Assembly (NCBI GenBank): GCA_963803705.1
Contig: CAWDNU010000004.1
Span: 800,001-864,000, forward strand
Length of the DNA stretch: 64,000 nucleotides
Source of the DNA: an uncultured Pseudobdellovibrionaceae bacterium
Lineage (GTDB): Bacteria > Bdellovibrionota > Bdellovibrionia > Bdellovibrionales > UBA1609
Direction of reading: 5' to 3'
The notes under the pieces were generated by a model. That model saw nothing but the letters and a program-made list of their open reading frames with translations. It had not been told where the DNA came from and ran no database searches. Both the position numbers and the translations under genes were made by a program. Shown piece after piece: positions 1 through 10,239 of this stretch (positions are counted from its first letter, which is position 1; every line of letters begins with the position of its first letter).

Positions 1-238
1 GAGGCGTAAATGTAAGCAGTTGTGTTTATTTAGTTTTCATCAAAACTAGATTAAGGTGTACTGTTTAAATGGTCTAGATTCTTCTAATGCTACCTAACCT
101 GGTTTAATCCGTACCGTTTTAGAACTTAAGACAAACCGAAAGTAAATCTTCGTGTGCGTATTTCAGGCTCAATCTAGGGCTTTCTTCAATCACACTAATA
201 TTAAAGACTTTCAGCCAGAAGTTTGATTAGATTATGAC

Positions 239-532
239 ATGTTACGAAACGATGCTGCAGCCGTTATTTTAATATTTATACTGTCTTTGGTGTTCTTCCT
301 GCCAAGAATTCTAGCGGCTTATTTTGAGCCTTCCAATCCATGGTCAAGCTTTTGGTATCTGTACACCCTTGGCGGTTTCTTTTTTTTCAGTGGTTTATTT
401 GTCATCACAAAATCAAAGTCATGCAATCTTAAGAATAAAAAAGACAAATTTTGGTTCATAAATATGATACTAGGTTTTCTGTTTTTTTTCACAACTCATG
501 CTTTATGGATACATTACTCACTAACGTATTAA
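239..532 (+). CDS. Small membrane protein (about 3 TM), possible partner subunit of the downstream SSS transporter
   Basis: 97 aa, three hydrophobic segments, 28 bp upstream of the SSS gene on the same strand. Confidence 0.6.
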   Translation: MLRNDAAAVILIFILSLVFFLPRILAAYFEPSNPWSSFWYLYTLGGFFFFSGLFVITKSKSCNLKNKKDKFWFINMILGFLFFFTTHALWIHYSLTY

Positions 533-563
533 GTAGGCTCGCTGCTATAAAGGTTGTTATTTG

Positions 564-2477
564 ATGAAAGATTTATCACTACACATTGAAGGGCCAGCGT
601 TAATTTCAATTTCAATAATTGCTCTATTATATTTAGGCGTAGTTGTATTTTTAGGAGGATACTTCACTAGATTTAACAAAAATATTAACGACTACTTTTA
701 TTCCGGCCAAAGATTTTCGTGGTGGTTTCCTGCCGCTAGTATGGTTGCCACCGGCGTAGGGTCATATAGCTTTTTGAAGTACTCTGAACAGGGTTTTAAA
801 ATTGGCATGAGCAGCGCCATCACCTACCTAAATGATTGGTTCGTTATCCCCTTTTTCTTATTTGGCTGGTTGCCAATCATTTATTACGCTCGGATAAAAT
901 CTATTCCCGAGTACTTCGAAAGACGCTTTAACAAACTAGCTCGCTTACTCGCGCTGGTAATTATTCTTTCTTATATGTTTTTCTACATAGGTTTTAATCT
1001 ATACACTTCGGGGCTTGTCATAGAGGGTTTATTTGCTGTGCCTCAGCTAGTTTCAGTGCCACTGATAGCGCTTTTCCTGTCAGCTTATGTCACCTTTGGA
1101 GGTCAAACTGCGGTAATTTTTACAGATTTTTTTCAGGGGCTTGTACTTTTTATTGGCGGTGGTCTTGCTATTTTAGCCGGGGTAACCGCCTTAGGAGGGC
1201 TTGACCAATTTTGGATATACTTGCCTAGGTCCCATAAACTGCCTTTTGTGCATCTTATAGAAAATAAAGACTTCAACACGACAGGCCTATTTTGGGGAGA
1301 AGCACTAATAGGTAGCGTTGGATTTGCTTTTTTAAATCAAGGCTTCATCATGAGATATTTAACGATTAAAAATATCAACGAATGTCGAAAGGCCGCTTTT
1401 TTCAACCTTATTGTCACCATGCCAATATGTGCGATTCTAGTCGGCGCAATGGGTTGGATCGGTAAGTCATTGGTTGAAAAACAGTCTGCAAATGGTGGGG
1501 CTTTAAGCGGATTTGATTTACTAAACATCACAGATACCTCGCAAACTTTTTTAATGGTTTGTTGGATTGTGGTGCAAAAGAACCCCTGGATCTTTGGTCT
1601 TGTAGTTGCAAGCCTGCTCGCCGCTCTTATGTCCACTATAGACACTTTAATAAATGCATGTGCTGCTATTATAATTTACGATATCTATAAACCGTTTGTT
1701 CGATCCCAAGGAACAGATTCGCACTATCTTTTTGTGGCTAAGCTTGCCTCCTTAGGCTCTACCTTTGTTGGCTTAGGGTTAGTTTACATATTCAATGTTC
1801 AACAGGGTGCTGACCAAAGCTTAATGACACTTCATTATAAGGGCTTGATGGTTATCATTCCTTCAATAGTCACAACAGTTTTTATGGGAGTTTTTTGGCC
1901 ACGCTTCCACGCCAAAGCAGCGTGCCTAGCGATGTTTCTTGGTTCAATTTTAACCCTTTCTACTTTGTGGTTCCCAGAGCTTATCACACCAGTTACGTGG
2001 TTCGTTGGCGCAAAAATTCGAGATGACTATATTTACATGAATGCACTATTCGGGATGCTTACGACAATGACTATCGGAGTAGCGTTTACCCATTTATTGA
2101 AACCATCAGAAAAAGATATATCTGGGCTTACGGTGGATACAATTCAGCAGGCCAAACAAAAATATAAAGGTGATCCAAGAATTAATGAAGCCCCAGGACT
2201 TACAGTTAGAGGGCTCAGCCTGCAGATTGATAACACACTAAATGATAATGAAATCCTTATTCCACAAAAGTATATGGAGCAAATGGGTGCATTTAGTGGC
2301 GACATTGTTTATATTTCAGATGATCGTAAAGTATTAGGTGGACTTAGAGCAGGTCATGTTTTAGCAACCAGTTTAAAAGGTAACGGAGTCAATGACAGCA
2401 TAAGTATTTCGCTTGCTACTTTAAATCAGTGTTACTTGTTAAGAGACAAACCCATTTTAATAGAAAAGGTTATATAG
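564..2477 (+). CDS. Sodium:solute symporter (SSS) family transporter with a soluble C-terminal extension
   Basis: About 13 TM segments; motifs DYFYSGQR, SIPEYFERRF, FGGQTAVIFTDFFQ, LAALMSTID. Confidence 0.9.
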   Translation: MKDLSLHIEGPALISISIIALLYLGVVVFLGGYFTRFNKNINDYFYSGQRFSWWFPAASMVATGVGSYSFLKYSEQGFKIGMSSAITYLNDWFVIPFFLFGWLPIIYYARIKSIPEYFERRFNKLARLLALVIILSYMFFYIGFNLYTSGLVIEGLFAVPQLVSVPLIALFLSAYVTFGGQTAVIFTDFFQGLVLFIGGGLAILAGVTALGGLDQFWIYLPRSHKLPFVHLIENKDFNTTGLFWGEALIGSVGFAFLNQGFIMRYLTIKNINECRKAAFFNLIVTMPICAILVGAMGWIGKSLVEKQSANGGALSGFDLLNITDTSQTFLMVCWIVVQKNPWIFGLVVASLLAALMSTIDTLINACAAIIIYDIYKPFVRSQGTDSHYLFVAKLASLGSTFVGLGLVYIFNVQQGADQSLMTLHYKGLMVIIPSIVTTVFMGVFWPRFHAKAACLAMFLGSILTLSTLWFPELITPVTWFVGAKIRDDYIYMNALFGMLTTMTIGVAFTHLLKPSEKDISGLTVDTIQQAKQKYKGDPRINEAPGLTVRGLSLQIDNTLNDNEILIPQKYMEQMGAFSGDIVYISDDRKVLGGLRAGHVLATSLKGNGVNDSISISLATLNQCYLLRDKPILIEKVI

Positions 2478-3190
2478 TGAGCGAAACGTTATCTACAATC
2501 AGCAAATTACTTTCCTTGGAGCCAAATAATACCAGAGTCTTTGTCTTTGATATCGACTCTACGCTTTATGATGTTATCCCTCGTAACCAAGAGATTGTAA
2601 GAAATTTTGGTCGAACGGCAAATCTGCCGCCCGAGTTAAAATCTGCCCTAGAGGGTTTTCAATCAAAACCAGAAGATTGGGGCATAAAAGAAGGCTTAAA
2701 GCGAATTCACGAAAATTTACCTATCGATGAAACAGTAATTAAATTAATACAAAAGCACTGGTCAAAAAACTTCTTCACAAAAGATTTTTTACATTTTGAT
2801 AAAGAGTACCCAGGATCTGTAGAACTCCTAAAGCAATTAGACCGGATATCACCTGTCTATTATTTAACAGGTCGAGATATAGCACGAATGGGCGAAGGAA
2901 CTATTGAACAGCTTAAGAAATCTAAATTTCCCATGGATGAAAAAAGAAACAAACTTATTTTAAAACCCGATAAGTCATTATTAGACCACGAATATAAATT
3001 AGACGAATTGATTAAACTAAAAACCAATTTCAGTGAAATCCATTTTTTTGAAAACGAACCTGTAATCTTAAATGCTGTTTTCGATAAGGACTCTGCTATA
3101 CAACTTTATTATATCGATAGCGTTAATTCTGGTAGAGCTGAGATCTATCCAGAAATAAAATCAATCGAACCTAACTTCTTTATTTCTTAA
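2477..3190 (+). CDS. HAD-superfamily phosphatase
   Basis: VFDIDSTL (DxD motif I) and YYLTGR (motif II); probable GTG start at 2477 overlapping the SSS stop. Confidence 0.75.
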   Translation: MSETLSTISKLLSLEPNNTRVFVFDIDSTLYDVIPRNQEIVRNFGRTANLPPELKSALEGFQSKPEDWGIKEGLKRIHENLPIDETVIKLIQKHWSKNFFTKDFLHFDKEYPGSVELLKQLDRISPVYYLTGRDIARMGEGTIEQLKKSKFPMDEKRNKLILKPDKSLLDHEYKLDELIKLKTNFSEIHFFENEPVILNAVFDKDSAIQLYYIDSVNSGRAEIYPEIKSIEPNFFIS

Positions 3191-3304
3191 TTTTTTTTAA
3201 GGCACTTAACCTAAATTATCTAGTTATGTTTTGACCTTTTTTTTCTAGTAAAATTTTTGTAAGCCCAAATAACAAATTCTGTTTAAGTTACGTTTAAAAG
3301 CTCA

Positions 3305-3691
3305 CTAGAAGACTTTTCTTCGGCAGACTACATCGCCACTAATTTTTCCAGTGGTAAGTTTGGTAAAATTATATTTCAACCATATTTTAACGTTACCTAG
3401 CTTGGTTTTCTTCACACAGATCCAATCTTTATAGCTTACCTCTATAAGTTCGATGCCAGTGCCATCGTCAATCACCTTTTGGGTCGCATCTTCTTTACCT
3501 TGTATATGTTGAAGTATCAGTCTGGCTGCCTCACCATTTAGCATCATATAATCTAGAAAAGAGTCTTGACCCTCGCCCCATGCGGTGATCCAGCCAGAAA
3601 ATTCCGGCTCATGGTAATCAGCTGAACTGTAGCCTTTTGCATAACTGGTAAAAATCACAACAGTTAGCATTATTTGTAAAATTGGTTTCAT
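3305..3691 (-). CDS. Secreted hypothetical protein
   Basis: 128 aa, N-terminal signal-like peptide, sigma54 motif upstream. Confidence 0.6.
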   Translation of the reverse strand: MKPILQIMLTVVIFTSYAKGYSSADYHEPEFSGWITAWGEGQDSFLDYMMLNGEAARLILQHIQGKEDATQKVIDDGTGIELIEVSYKDWICVKKTKLGNVKIWLKYNFTKLTTGKISGDVVCRRKVF

Positions 3692-3724
3692 AAACTAATC
3701 CCTGGGTATTATCCTGATAAACAT

Positions 3725-3740
3725 AGCAAACTCTGTGCCT
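3725..3740 (-). promoter_or_regulatory. sigma54 (-24/-12) promoter
   Basis: Minus strand AGGCACAGAGTTTGCT = GG-N10-GC, about 35 bp upstream of the ATG at 3691. Confidence 0.7.
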
Positions 3741-3850
3741 TATAATCCTGCGCAAAAAGTTACAAAACTGTTCAGACATAGATTATAAGTAACAAAAATT
3801 GGCTTTTGGTTACGTTAAACGCGATAGAATTTTTATTAAGGATTATATAT

Positions 3851-4050
3851 ATGAAAAAAAAATTTTTATTGCAACACTGCTGTTAAGTCTTTTCGAGACT
3901 GCTATTGCCCTTTCAGCTTCAGACATTGAAACAGTGTGGAGTTGGTTCTATAGTTACAGGTATTGATGGCATTGAAGCGTTTGGATACCTCCAAATGCTT
4001 GGATTAGCTCAGAAACGATGTAAGGGCTTAAAAGGATTTGGCTTTTGACC
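3851..4050 (+). pseudogene. Frameshifted small secreted-protein gene
   Basis: AAGGAT upstream of the ATG, then an A9 tract; adding one A gives MKKKIFIATLLLSLFETAIALSASDIE, and a second shift gives KQCGVGSIVTGIDGIEAFGYLQMLGLAQKRCKG. Confidence 0.4.
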
Positions 4051-4113
4051 TCTTTTGGAAAATGAATTACAGCAACAATTATGTTATTTGCCAAATTAAA
4101 ATGAGGTTGTGTA

Positions 4114-5457
4114 ATGGGTTACAGGCAGATTTCTGTTTTTAGTATAGTTCATATTATATTAGTTTGTAATGTCTACGCTAAGTCTTATCAGAATTACGAT
4201 TTAGAGGCTTATATCAACCAGAATCCTGAGTCTGATTTATCTATTGATTTATCCGAATGCAGCAACATACCTTTGCAAGAGTTAAAATCAGTAGCTGCCG
4301 GTAGGAGTAGTATTACTAGTTCAGCAATAGAGTTCTGGTATAGGCACGTAAAAATCTCCAAGAGTCTACCAACGGTCGTTTTTCTACCAGGTGGTCCTGG
4401 TAGTGGATCAATGGGTGATTTTGATGGCTACCCAAGCTTAGTAGAGCTGATTAACAATAGCTTAGCTAATATCATCTTAATAGATCCTTTAGGTGTGGGC
4501 TGCAATTGGATTGATCCAAAAAATAATTCAGACTCCATTAAATTAGCATCAACTGAAAATACAGCAACCCAGATCGTATCTTTAATTAGGAAAGAAAACT
4601 TAAAAAATTATTATATTTATGGTCATTCATACGGAACAGTTCTGGGAACTATTTTAACTTCAAAACTAAACGATCATAAAGAACTAATGAAGCCTAAAAA
4701 ACTTATCTTAGAAGGTGTCATGGGGTCAGCGAAAACAATTGCTTCAGATTACTATGGCTTGAACGAAGTAACTAATGTGGTAATAAAGTATGATCCTGAT
4801 TTGAATTATCTAGTTCAAAATTTAGATAAGTTTCCCGTGCAATTTCCATATGACTTTTGGGGATCTATTTTAGGCACTTCAAGTAGAATTATTATATATC
4901 CAGAAGAAAATTGGAAAATAAAAGAAATAGCTGCTGAATTTAGGAGCGGCAATAGTATTAGTGTTGAGAATAGTGAATATTTAGAAAAGAGTTATGCTTT
5001 CTTTACTAGTTATAATCTTGATATGAATCTAAGTTTAATTGAAGATTATACTTACCACTCGATATGGTGCACCGAATTTAGTGATTTTGGTTCAAACAAA
5101 TTTTTGATAACAATAACAGATGGGGTGCTTATTTTAAGTGAGAAACACAAATTCAAGAATCCATGCGCAACATTTCCTTCTACAAAGAATTTATATGACT
5201 CAAAAGATTTCCAACTTTCTGTTCCGCTAATTTACATTCAAGGAGATATGGACACATCAACGCCTTTAGCTTCAGCTCAGTATCACTATAAAAGCCAGCT
5301 AGCTTCACATAACATAAGCTTCTTAAGAATTGAGTCTGATGGGCACCTTCCAACTTCAAATAGGTTGCAGGCATGCATTGAAAATGTATGGGAAGAAATA
5401 TTTCGCGAAAACGCCAATTTTGAAAATGTCCTTAATACCTCAGGCCACTGTAAATAA
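4114..5457 (+). CDS. Secreted alpha/beta hydrolase (peptidase S33/TAP-like)
   Basis: Signal peptide, PGGPG oxyanion loop, GHSYG nucleophile elbow, QGDMDTSTP (Asp) and DGH (His). Confidence 0.8.
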   Translation: MGYRQISVFSIVHIILVCNVYAKSYQNYDLEAYINQNPESDLSIDLSECSNIPLQELKSVAAGRSSITSSAIEFWYRHVKISKSLPTVVFLPGGPGSGSMGDFDGYPSLVELINNSLANIILIDPLGVGCNWIDPKNNSDSIKLASTENTATQIVSLIRKENLKNYYIYGHSYGTVLGTILTSKLNDHKELMKPKKLILEGVMGSAKTIASDYYGLNEVTNVVIKYDPDLNYLVQNLDKFPVQFPYDFWGSILGTSSRIIIYPEENWKIKEIAAEFRSGNSISVENSEYLEKSYAFFTSYNLDMNLSLIEDYTYHSIWCTEFSDFGSNKFLITITDGVLILSEKHKFKNPCATFPSTKNLYDSKDFQLSVPLIYIQGDMDTSTPLASAQYHYKSQLASHNISFLRIESDGHLPTSNRLQACIENVWEEIFRENANFENVLNTSGHCK

Positions 5458-5534
5458 TTGGTTAGGGTTTAAGCTAAATCTCACCTTCTCACTAATTATG
5501 GCGAACTGTTTCACCAAAGGGTCGCAGGACATTA

Positions 5535-5755
5535 ATATAAACATTTTGAATAGCAACTTTTGCCAACTACGACTCAATTTCACCTAAAGACTTTGCTATA
5601 GCCGCCGCTTTCTCTACTGAAGGAATTCTGCGACCTTTTTCATAGTCGCAAATTATACCCCTACTTAACCCTCCTAATTTTTCTCCTAAATTTTCTTGGG
5701 ACATCTCTTCCGTTAGTCTGTAAGTAAGTAAAATTTTTCCAAAGGTTACTGGTCC
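5535..5755 (-). pseudogene. HigA-like XRE HTH antitoxin remnant
   Basis: Manual translation GPVTFGKILLTYRLTEEMSQENLGEKLGGLSRGIICDYEKGRRIPSVEKAAAIAKSLGEIES*LAKVAIQ; N-terminus missing, premature TAG at 5569-5567. Confidence 0.75.
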
Positions 5756-5931
5756 CCTTTAATTTTGTTTATAGTATAAATTAGTCTCCACTGTTTATTT
5801 GAATAAACTGCCCGTTGACCAACCCTGTCAGCATGCTTCAATCGAAAAGATCTAATTTCACCATACTCTGAATGCATTTGAGTCTGAAATTTTGAGTCTC
5901 TTATATACTCGGTCGTCATCAAAGCTATCAT
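5746..5931 (-). pseudogene. HigB/RelE-like toxin remnant
   Basis: DRVGQRAVYSNKQWRLIY resembles the HigB-type GQ-S-I-R-x-N-x-QWR-x-I motif; lies directly upstream of the HTH remnant. Confidence 0.55.
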
Positions 5932-5981
5932 GTAGCTACCGAATAAATAGCCTAAAATTTTATAGGAATTGATTGCTCAAA

Positions 5982-6482
5982 CTACTTTATTCGGCGGCCA
6001 GGTATACCTGCAATTGTAGAATGACTTGGGCAACTCGATGTTAGCACTGAATTTGCTCCAATCTTCACATGGTCCCCGACTTCAATTTGTCCTAAGACTT
6101 TTGCTCCTGCGCCGATCATAACAAAGTTTCCAATTTGAGGGTGCCGTCGACCATTTCTAACTCGACTTGTTCCGCCTAGGGTTACTCCGTGAAATATTAG
6201 GCAGTCGTCTCCTATGATGGCAGTCTCGCCGATGACAACTCCCATGCCGTGGTCGATAACAAGTCTTTTTCCAATAGTGGCTCCTGGGTGAATTTCGATA
6301 CCAGTTAACCATCTTGCAATTTCTGAAAACAATCGAGCCACAAATATAAGTCTAATTCTATAGAAAAGTTTTGCCACTCTATGGATGAAAATAGCTTTTG
6401 GACCGGGGTAGAGCAAAAAAATCTCTAGAAGCCCTGAAGCGCTTGGATCAAGTTTTTTATAAGCATTTAGAAAGTCGATCAT
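5982..6482 (-). CDS. cysE: Serine O-acetyltransferase (short form)
   Basis: [38 protein letters not shown] hexapeptide repeats. Confidence 0.9.
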   Translation of the reverse strand: MIDFLNAYKKLDPSASGLLEIFLLYPGPKAIFIHRVAKLFYRIRLIFVARLFSEIARWLTGIEIHPGATIGKRLVIDHGMGVVIGETAIIGDDCLIFHGVTLGGTSRVRNGRRHPQIGNFVMIGAGAKVLGQIEVGDHVKIGANSVLTSSCPSHSTIAGIPGRRIK

Positions 6483-6612
6483 AAGAATTAAAAAATCCTG
6501 TAAAAGTGTTGCATCAATAACAGTAATTAATTAACTGCAGCGCATGTATAAAGTATTATTGTATTACGTCAACGGCGCAGCAACAATAAGTAATCGTTTA
6601 CTGGAAATGATA

Positions 6613-8331
6613 TCATTCACTAAGTTTGATCAATGGCATATAAGAAGGCGCAAGCAAAAGTCCGTTAGAAATCCAATTTCTGACAGCCTGTTTTTCACCC
6701 TTGCTGCCACTATATCTGGCCAAACCTACGTAGGCTCCAATTTCTAACTTGTTTCTCTCAAAAACTAAATTCCAGTATTTGGCTGAACAATTCAAGTCGT
6801 TTTTCTGCTCGCAAAATCTGGCTTGAAGTATTAGTGGCAAAACATATGCTGAAGCAGAATCTGAACTTAATGCGCGACCAATTAACAAACTCTTTTGGTA
6901 AGCTTCATCCGCATTATCTAAAATGACAGACTTGATGGCAAATACTAAAGTTTCTTTTGAAAATGACCTTTCCGCAGCTTGTATAGGTGCCTCGGTGACT
7001 TGACCCATAAATCCCAATTGATGGTAGCAAAGACTCTTAAACAAAAGAGCATTTAACTGGTTAGAAGGTAGAAATTTGTTTATTTCGGAGCAAAAATTTT
7101 CAAAACGTTTACTATCAAAAGCATACTCGTAAATATTGCGCTTAAACAGATTAGAAATATACGGATCAGACTGAATAAAACTTAAAATGTCGTCATTCAG
7201 GGCTTCAGAATTACTTCCTGTTGTTTTGATCTTTAACCAAATTCTTAGTATTTGGTTTAAATATCTTTGGTCAGCACTCGTTGATAAAAAGTTGCTGATC
7301 AGCTCTTTCGCTTTTTGAAGTAGGCGCTTATCCCCATTAACCTTCCACTGCTCAATCAGGGCCAAAGACATAAAGACCGGTATGTGGCCTTCTGAGTGGC
7401 CTCGCAAATATGCGGAATAAAAGAAATCCCAAGCTTCTTGAAATTTGTTCTGGTTTAAATAAAGGTGTCCCAAATTTACCCAAGCAGGCAGAAATTCAGG
7501 ATTAACTGACAAGCTTTTATTTAAAAACTTGAAGCTTTCAGAGTAGTTTTGATCAATAAGGTAACTTAACCCCATAGCTGTTAACCACTCGGGAGTCTGC
7601 TTAATTGAAGCTTTCGATTTTTCTAATAAATCTCTTGCGTAAACCGTTTGCCGTTCCTGATTTAGGACAAGGGCAGCAAATTGCACGTAGAATCCAGGCA
7701 TATTTGCTTTGATTCCATCTGCTTGATTTAAGTCTTGAAACATTAGGTAAGCCGTTTTGTAATCTCCTTCAACAATATTTTGCTGAACCATTTTTATGGT
7801 ATTGGCACTGTAAAAACTACCTTTAAATCTTTGGATCGAAGCTTGATTATAGTAACCTGCTATCCCAACAATTATAGAAGTTAAAAACATTAGTTTAAAA
7901 ACAGGAAATTTTTTCTTTTTCGCCTTTGGCTTTCCATCTAAAAAATCCTCTATAGAGGGCTTTGGCAGGCTTGAGCTTTGTAGAGGCTCGATTTTTGGAT
8001 TGGGCTGGGTGTGGTCGACAGCTTCGATCCTTGAAAGCTCTTCAGTATCATCAAGTAGAGCGGTCGAAGTCATGTCGTCGGTGAACGTGCTGGTTAAATT
8101 CTGGGTCTTTGTAACTTCTACTCCAGCAATCTGCGCTTGTTTATCTAACGCATTCTGAAATACACTAACGTCACGCACATAAGCCCAATAGCCATTTTCA
8201 GGAATAATTTCGTCAATCGGTATTATGCTTTTCTTTTCAATTAAGTTATAAACCTGTTTCGTAGAGTAAGGCCCTAAAATTTGAGACGATGATTTTACAA
8301 TCCATTGTGTCTTTTCATTATACTGCTTCAA
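6613..8331 (-). CDS. Membrane-anchored TPR protein with an N-terminal GYF_2-like domain
   Basis: WIVKSSSQILGPYS N-terminus, one TM near residue 150, TPR-like helices (AMGLSYL, AWVNLGHLYL). Confidence 0.65.
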   Translation of the reverse strand: MKQYNEKTQWIVKSSSQILGPYSTKQVYNLIEKKSIIPIDEIIPENGYWAYVRDVSVFQNALDKQAQIAGVEVTKTQNLTSTFTDDMTSTALLDDTEELSRIEAVDHTQPNPKIEPLQSSSLPKPSIEDFLDGKPKAKKKKFPVFKLMFLTSIIVGIAGYYNQASIQRFKGSFYSANTIKMVQQNIVEGDYKTAYLMFQDLNQADGIKANMPGFYVQFAALVLNQERQTVYARDLLEKSKASIKQTPEWLTAMGLSYLIDQNYSESFKFLNKSLSVNPEFLPAWVNLGHLYLNQNKFQEAWDFFYSAYLRGHSEGHIPVFMSLALIEQWKVNGDKRLLQKAKELISNFLSTSADQRYLNQILRIWLKIKTTGSNSEALNDDILSFIQSDPYISNLFKRNIYEYAFDSKRFENFCSEINKFLPSNQLNALLFKSLCYHQLGFMGQVTEAPIQAAERSFSKETLVFAIKSVILDNADEAYQKSLLIGRALSSDSASAYVLPLILQARFCEQKNDLNCSAKYWNLVFERNKLEIGAYVGLARYSGSKGEKQAVRNWISNGLLLAPSYMPLIKLSE

Positions 8332-8343
8332 ACCAGTAAACCT

Positions 8344-9846
8344 CTAGTGCTTAAAATGTCTTTCGCCTGTCATAATAATGGTAACACCTAATTGCTCCGC
8401 TTTGGAAATAACTTCTTCATCTTTTATAGACCCACCAGGCTGAATAATCCACTTCACTCCTTTGGAATGAATGAATTCTACGGAATCAGAAAATGGAAAA
8501 AAGGCGTCACTAGCGACAACCAAATCTTTTGCGTCAGGATAAAATTGCATTTGCCGCTTAAAAGCTTGCTCGACAGCATCTATACGATTAACTTGTCCCA
8601 TACCTAGACCTACAGTGCTCAAACCCGAAGCCACAGCAATTGCATTACTTTTTAAATGGGTACAAATTTTCCATGCAAAGACTAAACTTTGAAATACAGC
8701 TTCGCTAGGTTTCTCACCAAATATTTTCCATGACTCAGAGTTCAAACTAATTACATCACGGTCTTGAGCCAGAAATCCCCCGGCGATAGACCTAAGCAGC
8801 AATTTTTCGGATTGGTAAGCCCCTATATCTGGCCAACTAAGGAGTCGCAGATTTTTCTTCTTAGATAACAATGCAAAAGCATCGTTGGTGAAGCTAGGTG
8901 CGATGATGCACTCTAAAAATAGCGTGTTAAACAATTTTGCTTCATCGATAGTGACAGGTCTGTTGCAAGCTACAATTCCACCAAAAACACTGATTGGGTC
9001 AGCGCTGATGGCTCTTCTGGTAGCGTCTGTGAATGATGACCCAGAGCTAACACCACAGGGGTTAGTATGTTTTACGCAAACCACTGTAGGGTCTTCAAAC
9101 TCTATTACAGCTTGAACTGCGGCATCTAGATCCAAAAGGTTATTGTAGGAAAGTGCTTTGCCATGAAGAATCTTTGCGTTATGCAAACCCTTATCGCCCT
9201 TTTTCAACCAAACAGCTTTTTGCTGAGGATTTTCGCCATACCTTAATTCAGATATTTTTTTAGCAGAAAAAGTGTGCTCTTCCATAATGTCTGAAGACAA
9301 CCACATTGCGATTTGTGAATCATAGTACGATGTATGGCGAAACACTTTAGCCGCCAAGGTCTTTCGTTGGTTCATAGTGATTTCGCCTTTCAGAAGTAAA
9401 TAGTCTTTAGGATCACAAAAAACGGCTATTCGTTCAAAGGACTTAGCTGCGGACCTTAAAAAAGACGGTCCACCTATATCAATAAGCTCAATCTGATCTT
9501 CATCAGAATTTTTGTTTCTAATCCCCGATTCAAAATCGTACAAATTACCAATTACAATGTCGAATGCTTCAATGCCAAATTTTTCAAGAGTTTCCTGGTC
9601 GTCAACATTATCCTTACGTGCCAAAAGGCCCATGTGCACTTTAGGGTGAAGGGTCTTCACCCTACCGTCCATGACTTCAGGAAAGTCAGTTAGCTCGCTT
9701 ACGTCTTTTACAGTCATGCCAAGAGCTCTTAGCGCTTTAGCTGTTCCGCCCGTGCTTATGATGACATCGTCTTCAGGATCAAAGACTTCGGCTAAAAAAT
9801 CTAAATTACTTTTATCAAAAACACTTACTAGAATATTTCTTTTCAT
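8344..9846 (-). CDS. purH: Bifunctional AICAR transformylase/IMP cyclohydrolase
   Basis: STGGT, GRVKTLHP, IDIGGP, LRYGENPQQ, SDAFFPF, IIQPGGS, RHFKH. Confidence 0.97.
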   Translation of the reverse strand: MKRNILVSVFDKSNLDFLAEVFDPEDDVIISTGGTAKALRALGMTVKDVSELTDFPEVMDGRVKTLHPKVHMGLLARKDNVDDQETLEKFGIEAFDIVIGNLYDFESGIRNKNSDEDQIELIDIGGPSFLRSAAKSFERIAVFCDPKDYLLLKGEITMNQRKTLAAKVFRHTSYYDSQIAMWLSSDIMEEHTFSAKKISELRYGENPQQKAVWLKKGDKGLHNAKILHGKALSYNNLLDLDAAVQAVIEFEDPTVVCVKHTNPCGVSSGSSFTDATRRAISADPISVFGGIVACNRPVTIDEAKLFNTLFLECIIAPSFTNDAFALLSKKKNLRLLSWPDIGAYQSEKLLLRSIAGGFLAQDRDVISLNSESWKIFGEKPSEAVFQSLVFAWKICTHLKSNAIAVASGLSTVGLGMGQVNRIDAVEQAFKRQMQFYPDAKDLVVASDAFFPFSDSVEFIHSKGVKWIIQPGGSIKDEEVISKAEQLGVTIIMTGERHFKH

Positions 9847-10003
9847 GATTAGTTTATCTCACAGGTTAGATTTTAGAACCTATATCATTTAAGCAAATAT
9901 ACCAATTCCAAAACTTAATTTTATTATACAAAAAGCCAGTAAAAATTGATTGTGATTACAATTAGGCTAATACTCTATTAATTAATCTAAAAAAATTTAG
10001 ATC

Positions 10004-10035
10004 AAACGAGCCTTTCTTTGCAAGAAAGCTCGTTT
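10004..10035 (-). terminator. Hairpin, probable terminator of the alr-mla operon
   Basis: AAACGAG-C-CTTTCTT / AAGAAAG-CTCGTTT stem. Confidence 0.5.
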
Positions 10036-10064
10036 CATTTGGTCATAAAACCTTTGGCTTAAAA

Positions 10065-10239
10065 TTAGATAAGTTTCGCTTTAAAAAAGTCTTATTTGCT
10101 TCATCAACTATATACTTCAAAAGTGAGTTCTTTGGCGCGCTGACTTGCGAAGGCAAGGCCAGTGACAAAGTCTGTTCGAACTTTTGAAGTATATAGTTGA
10201 TGAAGCAAATAAGACTTTTTTAAAGTGAAACTTATCTAA
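10065..10239. mobile_element. MITE-like fold-back element with 60-bp inverted arms
   Basis: 10065-10124 is the reverse complement of 10180-10239 with 1 mismatch; the 55-bp core is itself a hairpin. Confidence 0.7.
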
